64,000 nucleotides of DNA from Desulfatiglandales bacterium (GTDB lineage: Bacteria; Desulfobacterota; DSM-4660; Desulfatiglandales; HGW-15), in contig CAXXJJ010000004.1 in NCBI GenBank assembly GCA_963667015.2, forward strand, positions 1,472,001 through 1,536,000, given 5' to 3'. The translations under genes were made by a program, and so were the position numbers. Each line of letters opens with the position of its first letter. The stretch's first letter is position 1. Shown here in pieces: positions 21,121 to 32,241 of the stretch. The notes beneath the pieces were generated by a model that worked only from the letters and a program-made list of their open reading frames with translations, had not been told where the DNA came from and ran no database searches.

Positions 21121-21693
21121 TTGAGCTCATCCGGTGATAAAATGCAGCAGGTCGGGTACCGTGATTTTAAAGACAGGGATTTTCTTTTTAAAAGGGTAAA
21201 GCTATGTCAGGAAGGAGACACCGGGGCAATGGAAGATGTTTATGTTGCATATAAATCATCTCTCTTTAACCTGACATATCGTTTCACCGGGGATTTGTCT
21301 ATGGCGGAGGATCTGCTCCAGGACATCTTTATAAAGATATTTACAAACATCAAAAGACTCAGATCCCCGGAGGCATTTAACAGCTGGCTTTACCGGATTG
21401 CAGTAAATACTTGTATGAGCTTTGCCAGAAAAAAGAAAAAAATAAAGGAAATATCACTGAAGGAAATAGAAAATACCGGGCACTCTGAAGATGACCGGAA
21501 TCATGCAAAACAGCAACTTGAGCAGGCAATAGACATATTACCACCCAAACAGAAAATTGTTTTCCAGCTGCATGATGTTCAGGGATTCACAAATACTGAG
21601 ATAGCAAAAATAATGAAAAGCACAGAGGGTACGGCAAAATCCCAGCTTTTCAAGGCAAGGATGAAGATAAGGAATTTCTTGAGGAGTAAATAA
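21121..21693 (+). CDS. ECF RNA polymerase sigma factor
   Basis: AEDLLQDIF, SWLYRIAVN, region 4 EIAKIM...GTAKSQLFKAR. Confidence 0.93.
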   Translation: MSSSGDKMQQVGYRDFKDRDFLFKRVKLCQEGDTGAMEDVYVAYKSSLFNLTYRFTGDLSMAEDLLQDIFIKIFTNIKRLRSPEAFNSWLYRIAVNTCMSFARKKKKIKEISLKEIENTGHSEDDRNHAKQQLEQAIDILPPKQKIVFQLHDVQGFTNTEIAKIMKSTEGTAKSQLFKARMKIRNFLRSK

Positions 21694-21694
21694 A

Positions 21695-22351
21695 ATGAAA
21701 TGTTCAAGAGCACAAAAACTTATCAATGATTATATCGATAATCTTCTGGAGTCAGGGCAGGTACAGGAGCTGAAAAATCACCTGGAAGGATGCGAAGAAT
21801 GCAGGGATTTGTTACTTGATATGGAATCATTAGTGAAAAATGCCGGAGAGCTTCATACTCTTGAGCCGTCAGAAGATCTATGGCCTGTTATAAAAAGAGA
21901 GGCGCTCAAAAAGAATCGGGAGATTCTAACACAGAAGAAAGGTTTTTTTTCAAATTTCCCGATATATTCCAGGGGCCCGGCCCTTGCTATAAGCACTCTC
22001 CTTGTGATTATGCTGTTGATACCGGTGCTTTATTACGGCCTTCCGTATTTGCGGACACCTGTTGACCATGGGCAGACAGCATCAAATAATTTCAAATTAG
22101 CAGAACAGCAGTATCAATACGCCATAGAGGCCCTGGACAGGTCAATAGAGTCACAACACGTCGAACTGGATCCGGAACTGGCAGCAGTATTCAGGAAAAA
22201 TCTGGCGATAATTGATGAATCGATCCTGATCTGTAAAAAATCAATAGCTGAATACCCTGAAACCAGTGAGGCAAACAAACTGCTTCTGATCTGTTACAGG
22301 AAAAAGATTGAGCTTCTCAATGAGATTAAGGATATAACCATGCAGAGTTAG
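21695..22351 (+). CDS. Anti-sigma factor (zf-HC2)
   Basis: HLEGCEEC (HxxxCxxC), one TM helix, adjacent to the ECF gene. Confidence 0.88.
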   Translation: MKCSRAQKLINDYIDNLLESGQVQELKNHLEGCEECRDLLLDMESLVKNAGELHTLEPSEDLWPVIKREALKKNREILTQKKGFFSNFPIYSRGPALAISTLLVIMLLIPVLYYGLPYLRTPVDHGQTASNNFKLAEQQYQYAIEALDRSIESQHVELDPELAAVFRKNLAIIDESILICKKSIAEYPETSEANKLLLICYRKKIELLNEIKDITMQS

Positions 22352-22396
22352 CTATCCCCTGATGTGTTACACCTCGATTTTTTTTTCAAAAGCACG

Positions 22397-22423
22397 GGCA
22401 ACCCTTTTATATATGACAGCGTC
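22397..22423 (+). promoter_or_regulatory. Putative ECF sigma promoter
   Basis: GGCAACC-N16-CGTC upstream of the DUF4097-type gene. Confidence 0.7.
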
Positions 22424-22515
22424 TTTATATAACAAAATCCGATTTTAAGTGAAGGCACGCTGAATAACAGAATATATATACAGCGTATCAGGCATGTACC
22501 CATAGGAGGTAAATT

Positions 22516-23451
22516 ATGAAATTCTTTAAGCTTAATATTTTCATTTTATTATTTTTTACAGTCATATTTTGTATTCCGTCAGCCCTGTTAGCAGAATCAG
22601 AAGAAAAGATGGAGGAAACATATCCATTGAACGAAGATGGAAAGGTATATATTGAAAATATATCCGGTGACATTACTGTAAAAAGCTGGAAAAAGAATGA
22701 AATAAAGATACTTGCCCGAAAAGTAGCTGTGGACAGGGATAAAGACGCACTTGATAAGGTTAGTATCGATATAAATCATACGGATGGCAATATCAGAATA
22801 ATAACCAGGAGAAACAAATCCTGGAGTTTTTCTCAATCCCCTGATGTATCTGTTTTTTACGATCTCATTATACCCGATAAAGCACAGCTGAGAGTCAAGA
22901 CCATAAGCGGAAGGATTCAGGCGTGGGAGACCGGCGGGCGCGTTGATCTTGAATCCATCAGCGGAAGGATAGATATTGTGAAGGCCGAACAGGGCGTAAA
23001 ATGTAAAACCATAAGCGGTGCAATCTATCTTGAAGACATTACAGGAAGCACTGCACTAAAAAGCACCTCCGGAAAAATAATTGTAGAAGGACTCAAAGGG
23101 TCTGTTGAAGCGAATACTGTGAGTGGCGACATCGACATAAAGGAGTTTTCCCTTGCAGATGAAATAGAGATGGAGACTATAAAGGGAAGTATGGAAGCAC
23201 AGGGAGAGTTCAGTCCCGGGGGAATTTATACCTTCCGGACAGTCAGCGGCAGAATCCGTCTTACCCTGCCGCCTTCCTCGGATTTTGAACTACGGACAGA
23301 TACCATAAGCGGCGATTTACAATGCGATTTCAAGTTGAATAGTCTTACCGTATCTGCAAGGAATAAATTACAGGGTGTTATAGGAAAAGGCGGCGCCAGC
23401 CTGAAAATATCTTCTGTCAGTGGAGACATACTGATTAATAAGGGGAAATAA
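22516..23451 (+). CDS. DUF4097/adhesin-like beta-strand repeat protein
   Basis: Signal peptide; repeated T(I/V)SG(R/D)I motifs. Confidence 0.85.
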   Translation: MKFFKLNIFILLFFTVIFCIPSALLAESEEKMEETYPLNEDGKVYIENISGDITVKSWKKNEIKILARKVAVDRDKDALDKVSIDINHTDGNIRIITRRNKSWSFSQSPDVSVFYDLIIPDKAQLRVKTISGRIQAWETGGRVDLESISGRIDIVKAEQGVKCKTISGAIYLEDITGSTALKSTSGKIIVEGLKGSVEANTVSGDIDIKEFSLADEIEMETIKGSMEAQGEFSPGGIYTFRTVSGRIRLTLPPSSDFELRTDTISGDLQCDFKLNSLTVSARNKLQGVIGKGGASLKISSVSGDILINKGK

Positions 23452-23452
23452 T

Positions 23453-24100
23453 ATGGTTAACCATTACTATCGAGGAAACAGCGTTATGAATAAAAAGAAT
23501 ATTTGTTTTTTAGTAATGATGGCATGGTCGGCAATTCTGACCATGTCCGGATGTATGGCTTCCACCAAAAATCTTAATCCTGCCGATGAGACCCATTATG
23601 ATGCAAGCTATGATTTTTCAGATAAAAAGCAGATTGTTGACCGGCTGGTTACTCCCCTGCTCTCTGCCACACAGTTTTTTCCGGTGCAGGTAAAACCGGT
23701 GTTAATTGTTTATCCTGTTGTCAATGAGACCTCGGAACATATCAGCACATCTGCTATCACCGATGAAATCAGGATGAAGCTTTTAAATTCCGGAAAGATC
23801 CGCTTTATAAATGAACACCAGCGGGAGAATATTATGAAGGAGATCAGTTACCAGAATCAGGGTTATGTTGACCCGGCATTACGGGTTGAACAGGGCCGCC
23901 AGCTGGGTGCAGACTATATTCTGAGCGGTACACTGAGATCCATAAACAAAAAACAGCCTAAACAGATGCGCCTCTATAAGAAAGAACGTGTCTATTACAG
24001 CCTGGACCTCTCCATGACAGATCTCAAGACAGGTGAGATTGTGTATGCGGATCAGGCGGAACTCGCGCGCGAAGCATCGAAGCCAATTATCGGCTGGTAG
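23453..24100 (+). CDS. LpoB-like lipoprotein (penicillin-binding protein activator family)
   Basis: Lipobox MSGC; NETSEHI, GRQLGADYILSG, DLKTGEIVY; start may be the second Met (MNKKNI). Confidence 0.75.
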   Translation: MVNHYYRGNSVMNKKNICFLVMMAWSAILTMSGCMASTKNLNPADETHYDASYDFSDKKQIVDRLVTPLLSATQFFPVQVKPVLIVYPVVNETSEHISTSAITDEIRMKLLNSGKIRFINEHQRENIMKEISYQNQGYVDPALRVEQGRQLGADYILSGTLRSINKKQPKQMRLYKKERVYYSLDLSMTDLKTGEIVYADQAELAREASKPIIGW

Positions 24101-24106
24101 CAGGAA

Positions 24107-25219
24107 ATGGTTTATCTCAGATTCTTTCTGATCCTGATTATTATACTTTCGTCCGGATGTACCGGCACACGACTTCAAAGAGCCCGGTCGGTATTTTACG
24201 CTGGAAATCCCGACCGGGCGGAACAAATGCTGGAGGAATGTCTGGGTGTTTCTGAAAAAGATCGACTGCTGTGTTACATGGAAAGAGGCACAATCCTATA
24301 TGACATGAATGCCTACAAAGAAAGCACGGAAGTCCTGCTGAAGGCATCCCGGCTTATTAAAGAACAGGATATTATCAACATTGCAGACCAATCCTCCTCT
24401 GTTCTGATTAATGACAGGATATTGACCTACAAGGGCGAATACAGTGAAAGGCTGTGGGTTCACACCTTTCTTATGATGAATTTTTTACTTCAGTATAATT
24501 ATGAGAGTGCGCTGGTAGAGGCAAAACAGGCGCTTGAAGTGTTCGATGAATATCCCGATTCTCTTAAGGATGACTATTTTACCAGGGCCCTCATTGCACT
24601 TTGCTTTGAAAATATGAACATGCCGGATGATGCACGTATAGAATATGATAAACTGGCGGAGGGACTGGGAGGAACAGCTCCAGGCCCTGAACCGGCTGCC
24701 ACGGGAAAAGGGGAACTGATTCTCTTTATCGGAGAGGGACGGGTTCCACAAAAGACTTCTATCGAAACTGTTATCCCTCCGTCCATCCGGATTTCAATTC
24801 CACGGTATAGAGACTGTTCGGAACCCCTGCCCGTGATTATCCGAACCGACGACATCATAGATTCTCCCTTTGAGATAACAACAGATATGGGGGATGTAGC
24901 CCAAACCTCTTTAAACGAGAGGGCATCGCAATATCTTGCACGACAGACCCTGCGGGCCGGGGCAAAAGAGGCAATTGCCCGAAAGGTTGGTGATAAAAAC
25001 GAATTTGCAGAGGTAATAGTAAGGGCAATTCTTTTTATTTCAGAGGAAGCCGACACGCGGTCATGGGAGACCCTGCCTGGAAGCCTTACACTTGTTCGGT
25101 TGTCACTGGATCCGGGTGTTCATACTGTAGAGGTATCTTCAGGAAATTCGGGAACAGCTTTTATAAATGAAATTGATATTAATGAAGGTAAAAGGCTGTA
25201 TCGGGCAATACGTTTTTAA
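24107..25219 (+). CDS. COG3014-like TPR lipoprotein
   Basis: Lipobox SSGC; YKGEYSE, ALVEA, ADTRSWETLP; typical neighbour of LpoB-like genes. Confidence 0.75.
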   Translation: MVYLRFFLILIIILSSGCTGTRLQRARSVFYAGNPDRAEQMLEECLGVSEKDRLLCYMERGTILYDMNAYKESTEVLLKASRLIKEQDIINIADQSSSVLINDRILTYKGEYSERLWVHTFLMMNFLLQYNYESALVEAKQALEVFDEYPDSLKDDYFTRALIALCFENMNMPDDARIEYDKLAEGLGGTAPGPEPAATGKGELILFIGEGRVPQKTSIETVIPPSIRISIPRYRDCSEPLPVIIRTDDIIDSPFEITTDMGDVAQTSLNERASQYLARQTLRAGAKEAIARKVGDKNEFAEVIVRAILFISEEADTRSWETLPGSLTLVRLSLDPGVHTVEVSSGNSGTAFINEIDINEGKRLYRAIRF

Positions 25220-25260
25220 CCCGTTCTTTTCCTGCTTCAAATAGCAGGTCTCAGTCGCCT

Positions 25261-26700
25261 TTATTGTTTGCTTAAAAACAGTTCAGCAACCGAAACACCT
25301 AATTGCGAAGGCATAACACTGTTTTTGATTACCGGCCCTGAAGACCCATCATCGGTTTTATTCATAAGTTTAATGACTCCACCTCCTGTTATGGCCCCTG
25401 TCGCTGTTTCTTCCATCAGCATGGCCAGCGGAGGGGCCATCGGACCGTCCGGATAGTCAACAATTGTGGCAAATTTTCCGTTGGTCAGTTCTACAACCGA
25501 GCCTATTGGGAAAACACCCATCATCTGTATGAAACTCTTCAGTAAAATAATATCAAAGCTTTTAGAGCCTTCACTCCACATCTTCCTCAGCGCCTCGTCG
25601 GGAGTAAAAGACCTTGAACGATATTTGCGGTCCGCTGTAAGCGCCTCATAAACATCGGCGATTCGGAGTATCCTCCCTGTGAGACTCAACTTTTTCATGA
25701 AATGAGTTTTAGGATATCCGGTCATATCAGGATTCAGATGGTGTTCAAACGGCCCGAGAATAATTTTAGACCTCAATTCCTTGTCGGCATTGAGCCTCAA
25801 AATTTTTTTCACACCAAGCAGTGGGTGGTTCTGCATCTGCTTCCATTCTTCATCGTTCAGCTCTCCTTTTTTAAGCAGGATATCCCTTGGGACACCCACC
25901 TTTCCAAGGTCATGAAAGAGCCCGCACACGGTAAGGTGTTCCAGGACTGTCTTTGATAAACCGATCTGTTTTCCCAGACATGTAGCTAGCAGAGAAACAT
26001 TAACCGAATGCGTGTATGTGTAATCGTCATATTCATGCAGAGTAGCCAGCCCAAGTATCAGGGAACTGTCTTCATGGACAAGGTCGACAATGTTCTGTGC
26101 AAGCCGCCTTGCCTTGAGCACTCCGGAAACACCCTTTGAAGCCTTGTCAGCTACCTCTTTCACGGTATCCAGTGCAAGGAGGTAGGCGTTTTTTGCCCTT
26201 TCCTGCCTTTTCCTGCCATCGCCATTTACAGAAGCCTCATGATCTTCATCCTGTTTTTCCAGGATATGGACCCAGGAAAGTTTATATTCCTTAAACTTGC
26301 TGTTTAACCATTCAAATGGTTTTTTACTTTTGGCCGACAGGTCAACAAGGCGTATGAATGTCATAATACCTTTAGGCGATGCATCACGGGCTGAGACAAA
26401 AAAGTGAAATCCGCCAATTTCTCTGGCCGCCAAATATTTTATCATTTCATTAATGATATTGTAGGAATCCCTTCCATGGATCAATTTTTCCCCGCAAAAA
26501 TGGAATCTTCCCCGCCAGGCCTGGAATTTCAGGTCTCCCTCTCCGGTAATTTCATGAAGTATGTTTTGAAATTTCGCCAGACATTCCCTTAACAGGGAAT
26601 TATTATCTTTATGAATCCTTGCGGTAGATATGAGCTTGTACAGCACCTTTACAAATTCCATTGACCGGAGTTGAGACTGAGTATTTTTTTGGCTAGACAT
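25261..26700 (-). CDS. HD-GYP domain protein (putative cyclic-dinucleotide phosphodiesterase)
   Basis: YTYTHSVNV, HDLGK, EHH...TGYP, ADVYEALT. Confidence 0.9.
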   Translation of the reverse strand: MSSQKNTQSQLRSMEFVKVLYKLISTARIHKDNNSLLRECLAKFQNILHEITGEGDLKFQAWRGRFHFCGEKLIHGRDSYNIINEMIKYLAAREIGGFHFFVSARDASPKGIMTFIRLVDLSAKSKKPFEWLNSKFKEYKLSWVHILEKQDEDHEASVNGDGRKRQERAKNAYLLALDTVKEVADKASKGVSGVLKARRLAQNIVDLVHEDSSLILGLATLHEYDDYTYTHSVNVSLLATCLGKQIGLSKTVLEHLTVCGLFHDLGKVGVPRDILLKKGELNDEEWKQMQNHPLLGVKKILRLNADKELRSKIILGPFEHHLNPDMTGYPKTHFMKKLSLTGRILRIADVYEALTADRKYRSRSFTPDEALRKMWSEGSKSFDIILLKSFIQMMGVFPIGSVVELTNGKFATIVDYPDGPMAPPLAMLMEETATGAITGGGVIKLMNKTDDGSSGPVIKNSVMPSQLGVSVAELFLSKQ

Positions 26701-28387
26701 TGCCTGCCTCCCGGTCCAAATCCTGCCTGATATTTATGACTGCGCCCTTGACACCGGGGAAAAAAGATCGGCCTGCACGTTCCAGCACTTCATCCGCCTG
26801 GGTTATACCCAGCGTGCCAAGAGCAATGGCTGCACCCCTTCTAAAGACGGTTCTCCTGGTTCCCGATAAAAAACCCCATTTGAGAAGGGTTTCCCTGAGA
26901 AACGGGACGGAATGCAGAGAACCGCATTTTCCCAGTATTCTGAAGCATTGGATTATATAATTTGCATCGATATTGCCTGACTTATTTTTCTTTATATATG
27001 AGATGAGAAATTCCTCTACAGCATCATCCTGGGAATGCCCCATATGTTCAAGGACAAGCTGCCGTATGGAATCCTCACTGTCGTCAATCAAATTCAACAT
27101 ATCCTTTATTCGGCCGGGTTCCAGTTTTAAAATACCTTTAATTGCCTCGTAACGTATACGGCCCGAGGTGTGGCCCGAAATTTTTAAAAGGTACTTCATT
27201 GAGTGTCCTCCTTCCATTTCAGTAATAACTGCGACAAGCCTTTCCAGCAGATTCTCATTTGTATTATTGAGCGCCAGTTCAAGAGAGTATGTATCCTTTG
27301 AAACCAGTTGGATTATCAGATCCAGCAATATTTTTTTTTGAGGAGCAGGCTGGGGCTGGGAAAGAAGGGCTAAAGGCATTTTGATGGATTCCGGGTTCAG
27401 GTGCATAAATATATCCTGCAGAATCGCAGCATCATCCTGACCTATCTGTTCCCAGATATCTTTTAAAGGTGCCAGGTATTCAACGTCCGAAACGCTCCGG
27501 AAAAATTCTTTAATCAGATCTTCAGTCCATGGCAGTTCTTCCCTGCAAATATCCAGTACATATTGTATACCATCAAGTATTTTAAGACTAATGACAAAGT
27601 CCTTTCGGGCAAGAGATAATGTAAATTCCTCTGAGAGCGCATCAATAATCTTGCTGAAATTTATCTCTTCCCTGTTCTGTAAAAGGCTGTCCAGAAGTGC
27701 ATCCAGATAGGATGTACGATCAGTATCTTCCTCCATGCGGATCATATCCTGTAATGAAGCATCTTCTTCCGGAGTAAGTGCGACCTTTGTCATATCAATG
27801 GGTGGATCACTCTGATATTCCTTTTCTCTATATTCAGGTTCTGCTGCCTGGGTTATTGTTGACGTTCCTGAAACAAGATCAGAAAAATCCTTTCCTCCCT
27901 GGCCATCTCCCCATGAAAGCTCTGCAACCTCGTAGTTCATATGGGGGAACTGGATCTCCCAGAAGGCAGTCACAATATCCCCTTCAGGTTCAGCGGATAA
28001 TTTAGTGTACCTGTTTATTAATAAGAAGATATCTGTTAGTTCTTTCTGTTCGATTCCGTCCATCAGCTCAAGCCACAGGATACCATCGCGAAATAAGGTA
28101 TAATGAAGCGTCCCTTCTTCAGGAATACACTCAGAGATAATTTTTCCCTGGCAGGTAATCCGGTCTCTTTCTATTTCAAGCTTTAATATCTTATGTTTTT
28201 TAAGAAAGGCGGTGAGTTGTGTATGAAACTGGCTTATTGAATTTGTACATATAGTATGTCCCGGGGGATAAAGTGACAAATTCTTGACGGTAAGCAGGAG
28301 AGAGGTGAAAAGCCTCTTGACTGTTTTTGATTCGTCTTTAATAACGCAGTTTCCGGTAACTGCAACCTGGGTGTTCTGAGAATTCAT
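26693..28387 (-). CDS. HEAT-repeat protein
   Basis: LYPPGH N-terminal motif; C-terminal HEAT-like repeats; overlaps the HD-GYP start. Confidence 0.75.
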   Translation of the reverse strand: MNSQNTQVAVTGNCVIKDESKTVKRLFTSLLLTVKNLSLYPPGHTICTNSISQFHTQLTAFLKKHKILKLEIERDRITCQGKIISECIPEEGTLHYTLFRDGILWLELMDGIEQKELTDIFLLINRYTKLSAEPEGDIVTAFWEIQFPHMNYEVAELSWGDGQGGKDFSDLVSGTSTITQAAEPEYREKEYQSDPPIDMTKVALTPEEDASLQDMIRMEEDTDRTSYLDALLDSLLQNREEINFSKIIDALSEEFTLSLARKDFVISLKILDGIQYVLDICREELPWTEDLIKEFFRSVSDVEYLAPLKDIWEQIGQDDAAILQDIFMHLNPESIKMPLALLSQPQPAPQKKILLDLIIQLVSKDTYSLELALNNTNENLLERLVAVITEMEGGHSMKYLLKISGHTSGRIRYEAIKGILKLEPGRIKDMLNLIDDSEDSIRQLVLEHMGHSQDDAVEEFLISYIKKNKSGNIDANYIIQCFRILGKCGSLHSVPFLRETLLKWGFLSGTRRTVFRRGAAIALGTLGITQADEVLERAGRSFFPGVKGAVINIRQDLDREAGNV

Positions 28388-28579
28388 ATTCTGACCATTT
28401 AACCTGAGATTCCCCTAGAATTTTAAATTCAGTACTAAAAACAGGAAGATCATTCATAAGCACAGTTCGCATCATCATACAGCACATCTCTTGTTAAGTG
28501 TCTGTCGCTCATCTGCAACTCTATTAATCGATAATTTTATGAAGACAAGAAAATTCAATAGAACATTGAATAACATCTA

Positions 28580-28595
28580 TGCAAAATACAGACCA
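28580..28595 (-). promoter_or_regulatory. Possible sigma54 promoter
   Basis: TGGTCTGTATTTTGCA (GG-N10-GC) upstream of the HEAT/HD-GYP operon. Confidence 0.45.
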
Positions 28596-28756
28596 CAAAC
28601 AATCTAAATGTTTATTAGATAGTGCCCATCCATAAACAGTTTTGAGGCACTAATTGGCTTCCAATATATTTCATCATGTAATATACTCCCTCCATTCAGC
28701 AGCCGGGACATTCCTGCTGCCAACCATATTAAACAAAAAGAGAATTAACAGGAATT

Positions 28757-30250
28757 ATGCTCCTCATACACCCTCCCCTTTCAAAACCCTGCGAACCTCC
28801 AGCCGGCATAGCCAGACTGGCCGGAGCAGTTGAGAAACTCCCGCTGTCTGTTGTTGACTCGAATCTGGATGCAGTGCTGCGTACTGTTCATGGGCCTGTG
28901 AATGATAATGATACATGGACACGCCGTTCAAAAAAAAATCTTTCGGCAAACCTCCGTTACCTTCGCGAAAGCCATACATGGGAAATTGATAAATACAAAA
29001 GGGCTGTAATGGACATCAACCGCCTGCTGGTAAGGTCTCTGCACTCAACAGGAGTAAAGGCAACCCTCAGCAATTACCAGGATCAGAGTCTATCGCCTGT
29101 AAGAAGCAGCGATCTCCTCAAAACAGCTGAATTGCCAGAGAAAAATCCTTTTTATCCATTTTTCAGGGACTGGCTCATCCCGCAGGAAGACGGCCTCTTT
29201 GGAATATCATTAAATTTTTTAAGCCAGTCCATTTCAGTATTTGCAATGGCAGGTTACCTTAAGAAGCAATATCCCGGGGCAAGGATCATCCTTGGGGGAG
29301 GGCTTGTTACATCCTGGATGAAAAGACCGGGATGGGAAAATCCCTTTGCAGGCCTGGTGGATGATATGGTGGCAGGCCCCGGTGAGGAATATATTCAAAA
29401 ACTGCTGAATATCGGAAAATGCTCAGCACACGTAAGGCCGGCGTATGACCTGTTCCCGGTTTATACCTACCTTTCACCCGGCTTTATACTCCCCTACAGC
29501 GCCTCAAGCGGCTGTTACTGGCAGAAGTGCAGGTTCTGTCCTGAAAAGGCAGAAGGCAACGCCTATTCTCCAGTCCCGCCGGATCAGGTAATTGATGATC
29601 TCACATCTCTTATAGATATTCATCGACCTGCCATGGTACACATACTGGACAATGCAATCAGTCCGTCATTGTTAAAACGCCTTATAGAACATCCGTTGAA
29701 TACTCCCTGGTACGGGTTTGTACGCATGACCGCTCACTTTAAAGATCCGGATTTCTGCATGGGATTAAAGAGGTCAGGATGCGTGATGCTGAAGATCGGC
29801 GTTGAATCCGGTAATCAGGAGGTACTGGATGCCCTCAACAAAGGCATCGACCTTGAGACCGTTTCCATTGCCCTTAAAAATCTCAGAAACGCAGGCATAG
29901 GGACCTTTCTCTATTTCCTCTTCGGCACACCGCCCGAAGGACCGGCAGAGGCAGAGCACACCATGGATTTTGTAAAAAAACATCATACGATGATAGATTT
30001 CATGAATCTTGCGATATTCAATATGCCGACCAACAGTCCTGATGCGGATAAATACAACAGTGATAAATTCTATGAAGGCGATATGTCTCTATATTCAAGC
30101 TTTGAACATCCGAAGGGATGGAACAGAGGTATGATAAGGACATTTCTGAATAATGAATTTAAAAAAGATCCTGCCATTAGAGAAATAGTTAAGAGGACTC
30201 CGCCGTTTTTCACATCAAATCACGCGGCATTCTTCATGAAAAACAGGTAA
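28757..30250 (+). CDS. B12-binding-type radical SAM protein
   Basis: LLIHPP N-terminus; GCYWQKCRFC; GVESG. Confidence 0.85.
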   Translation: MLLIHPPLSKPCEPPAGIARLAGAVEKLPLSVVDSNLDAVLRTVHGPVNDNDTWTRRSKKNLSANLRYLRESHTWEIDKYKRAVMDINRLLVRSLHSTGVKATLSNYQDQSLSPVRSSDLLKTAELPEKNPFYPFFRDWLIPQEDGLFGISLNFLSQSISVFAMAGYLKKQYPGARIILGGGLVTSWMKRPGWENPFAGLVDDMVAGPGEEYIQKLLNIGKCSAHVRPAYDLFPVYTYLSPGFILPYSASSGCYWQKCRFCPEKAEGNAYSPVPPDQVIDDLTSLIDIHRPAMVHILDNAISPSLLKRLIEHPLNTPWYGFVRMTAHFKDPDFCMGLKRSGCVMLKIGVESGNQEVLDALNKGIDLETVSIALKNLRNAGIGTFLYFLFGTPPEGPAEAEHTMDFVKKHHTMIDFMNLAIFNMPTNSPDADKYNSDKFYEGDMSLYSSFEHPKGWNRGMIRTFLNNEFKKDPAIREIVKRTPPFFTSNHAAFFMKNR

Positions 30251-30408
30251 AGATATTTGAGCCCTGGAGCTAATTCTGATTATGCTTCAGGGCTCGCAGA
30301 ATTCCGTGAAAAGAATTTAGTCTAAGACTGTGGTGGAAGCTCAATCTTTTCTGAAACAGGAACGCTCATCCAGCGGCTCGCACCGAGCCACGAAAAGGGA
30401 GCTCAGCT

Positions 30409-32139
30409 TCAATGCCCGCCGGTAACCACGACCAGATAATTTTCCGGCGCAGCTGCCATGGGCACTCCTTTTTCAATAACGTCCTTTTCTGCCAGTAACA
30501 TCTTAATAAAATTACTGGGTTCTGCAGGCTGACCAAATTCATTGATCAAAACCAGGCTTTTAAATTTATCCATGGGAACACGGGCCAGGTCCCATAACTC
30601 TTCTGCGTAGCTTGCCTTGTTCGCATTAGCCATCAGACCAGTGGTCACCATTTGCATTTCGGTGATTGCAAGTACACCGGCGTACTGTTTCTCCCATGCC
30701 TTTTTGCTCCGGGGCCATATATCCTTATGGGGAGGTACACTTGCCGCAACGTTTGCTATGGATCCGGATATACTCATATCCATATGATCAATACCAAGCA
30801 CTGTTACCAGGTTAGTATCAGCAGGATAACCAAGCTGAACACTGACAGGGTCCCAACCTTTTCCCAGCGACATCACATCTTCTGCTTCGGCAATTACAAT
30901 GCCTGCGTATGTTGCCGGATTTCCCGCCAGGTTAGAGGGTTTAATGCCTCTGCCGTTTCCGGGAATTACTGCCATAGCAAGGTTTATTGCCCGACCGATG
31001 GTGCCGTTGGCAGGATACTTATGATTAGGGCCAAAGGCATTGGATGATGAATTAAGCCCTATTTCCTTTGCATAGGGACCATTTACAATCACGAGCGGAG
31101 CAGCGGATCTAATTACCGGCCAGTAGCTATCCCATTTAACAGAGGTAATGGCTTTCAGGCCTGCAATGATCACCGGCATATACTCCGGTTTGGCTCCTGC
31201 CATGGTCGACACAATGGCAATTTTCTCCACTGTGAATTCTGCATTGGATGGTCCCCATTCTCCTATTACTGTCTCAGGTGATACAGGTGTGCCTTTCAGC
31301 ATTTCATCAACATTCGCACGTGTGGGAGGCACAAGGGGTAATCCGTCACCCCAGCCCATTTCAAGATAGGAGTTGTTAAATTGATCCTGAGCTTCCTGAT
31401 AAGTCGCGGCAGTGTAAGAGAACTCTTTTTCCATTGGAACCCATTCTTCACCAACAACCGTCATGTATTCAGGTTTCCAGCTGGTAAGACCACTTACCAT
31501 AAACTGAAAAGCCTCAGGGGCTATAGCCTTGATGCCTTCTGATGTAAAAGTGTCATATTCATTAAAGTTGATACCCGGATAATCCATATATCCCTTGGAA
31601 AGTACAACGCCCATAAAACGCTCTTCATGGCGTTCGTTGTAAAAGGATACAGTGGGGATGCCTTTTTCTTCAAGAGTGATGGCGATGGAACCCAACGCAC
31701 CTACGCACCCTCATCACCCCCCGAAGGCGGCAACAACCGCATCGGGTTCTGCCTTGACAATGGCATCAACCACCTCTTTCTCAGGCATCCACTTCATGGG
31801 CAAATCAGCATAGTGAATGATTTGAGTATCGGGGTATTTTTCCTTGAGCTGCACTTCGAGTAAATCATAGAGTTCAGCCCCCTTACCCGCGTACAGCTCA
31901 TCAGGAGTGGCGGACAGCCAAAGGGCTATTTTTTTCCCCGCCAGAGTATCCAGCCGCGGTGCAAGATCCTTGTCTTTTTTTACATTGCCCTGCGGATTCA
32001 ACACTGTTAAAGTGTATTCCGAAGATACCGCCGGTTTTTCTTCCCTGCCTGCGTTCTCTGGTGGCTGGCTGCTGCATGCCAATAACATCACCAGAAGGAT
32101 CATCAGAGAGATAAAAATCAATTTCATGTTTTTTTTCAT
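30409..32139 (-). CDS. UGSC-family selenoprotein (lipoprotein), 576 aa with tandem Sec (G-G-U-U-G-C)
   Basis: ORFs 31714-32139 and 30409-31695 are in frame across TGA TGA (31711-31716): AFGG-U-U-GCVGALGSIAITLEEKGIPTV; downstream DGLPLVPPT; hairpin at 31682-31698. Confidence 0.75.
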
Positions 32140-32241
32140 GCTTCCTCCTTTCTAAAAGTATTAATATGATGCTCCTTAATAACTTTTTACTGTATCTATA
32201 CTAACCATGACAGATGTCCTTAACTAGGACAAAGTGGATGG

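Noticed and set aside
28757..30250. B12-type radical SAM gene as part of the selenoprotein cluster (metal methylase)
   Set aside because: It is convergently transcribed, has no HgcA-like motif, and adjacency is the only link.
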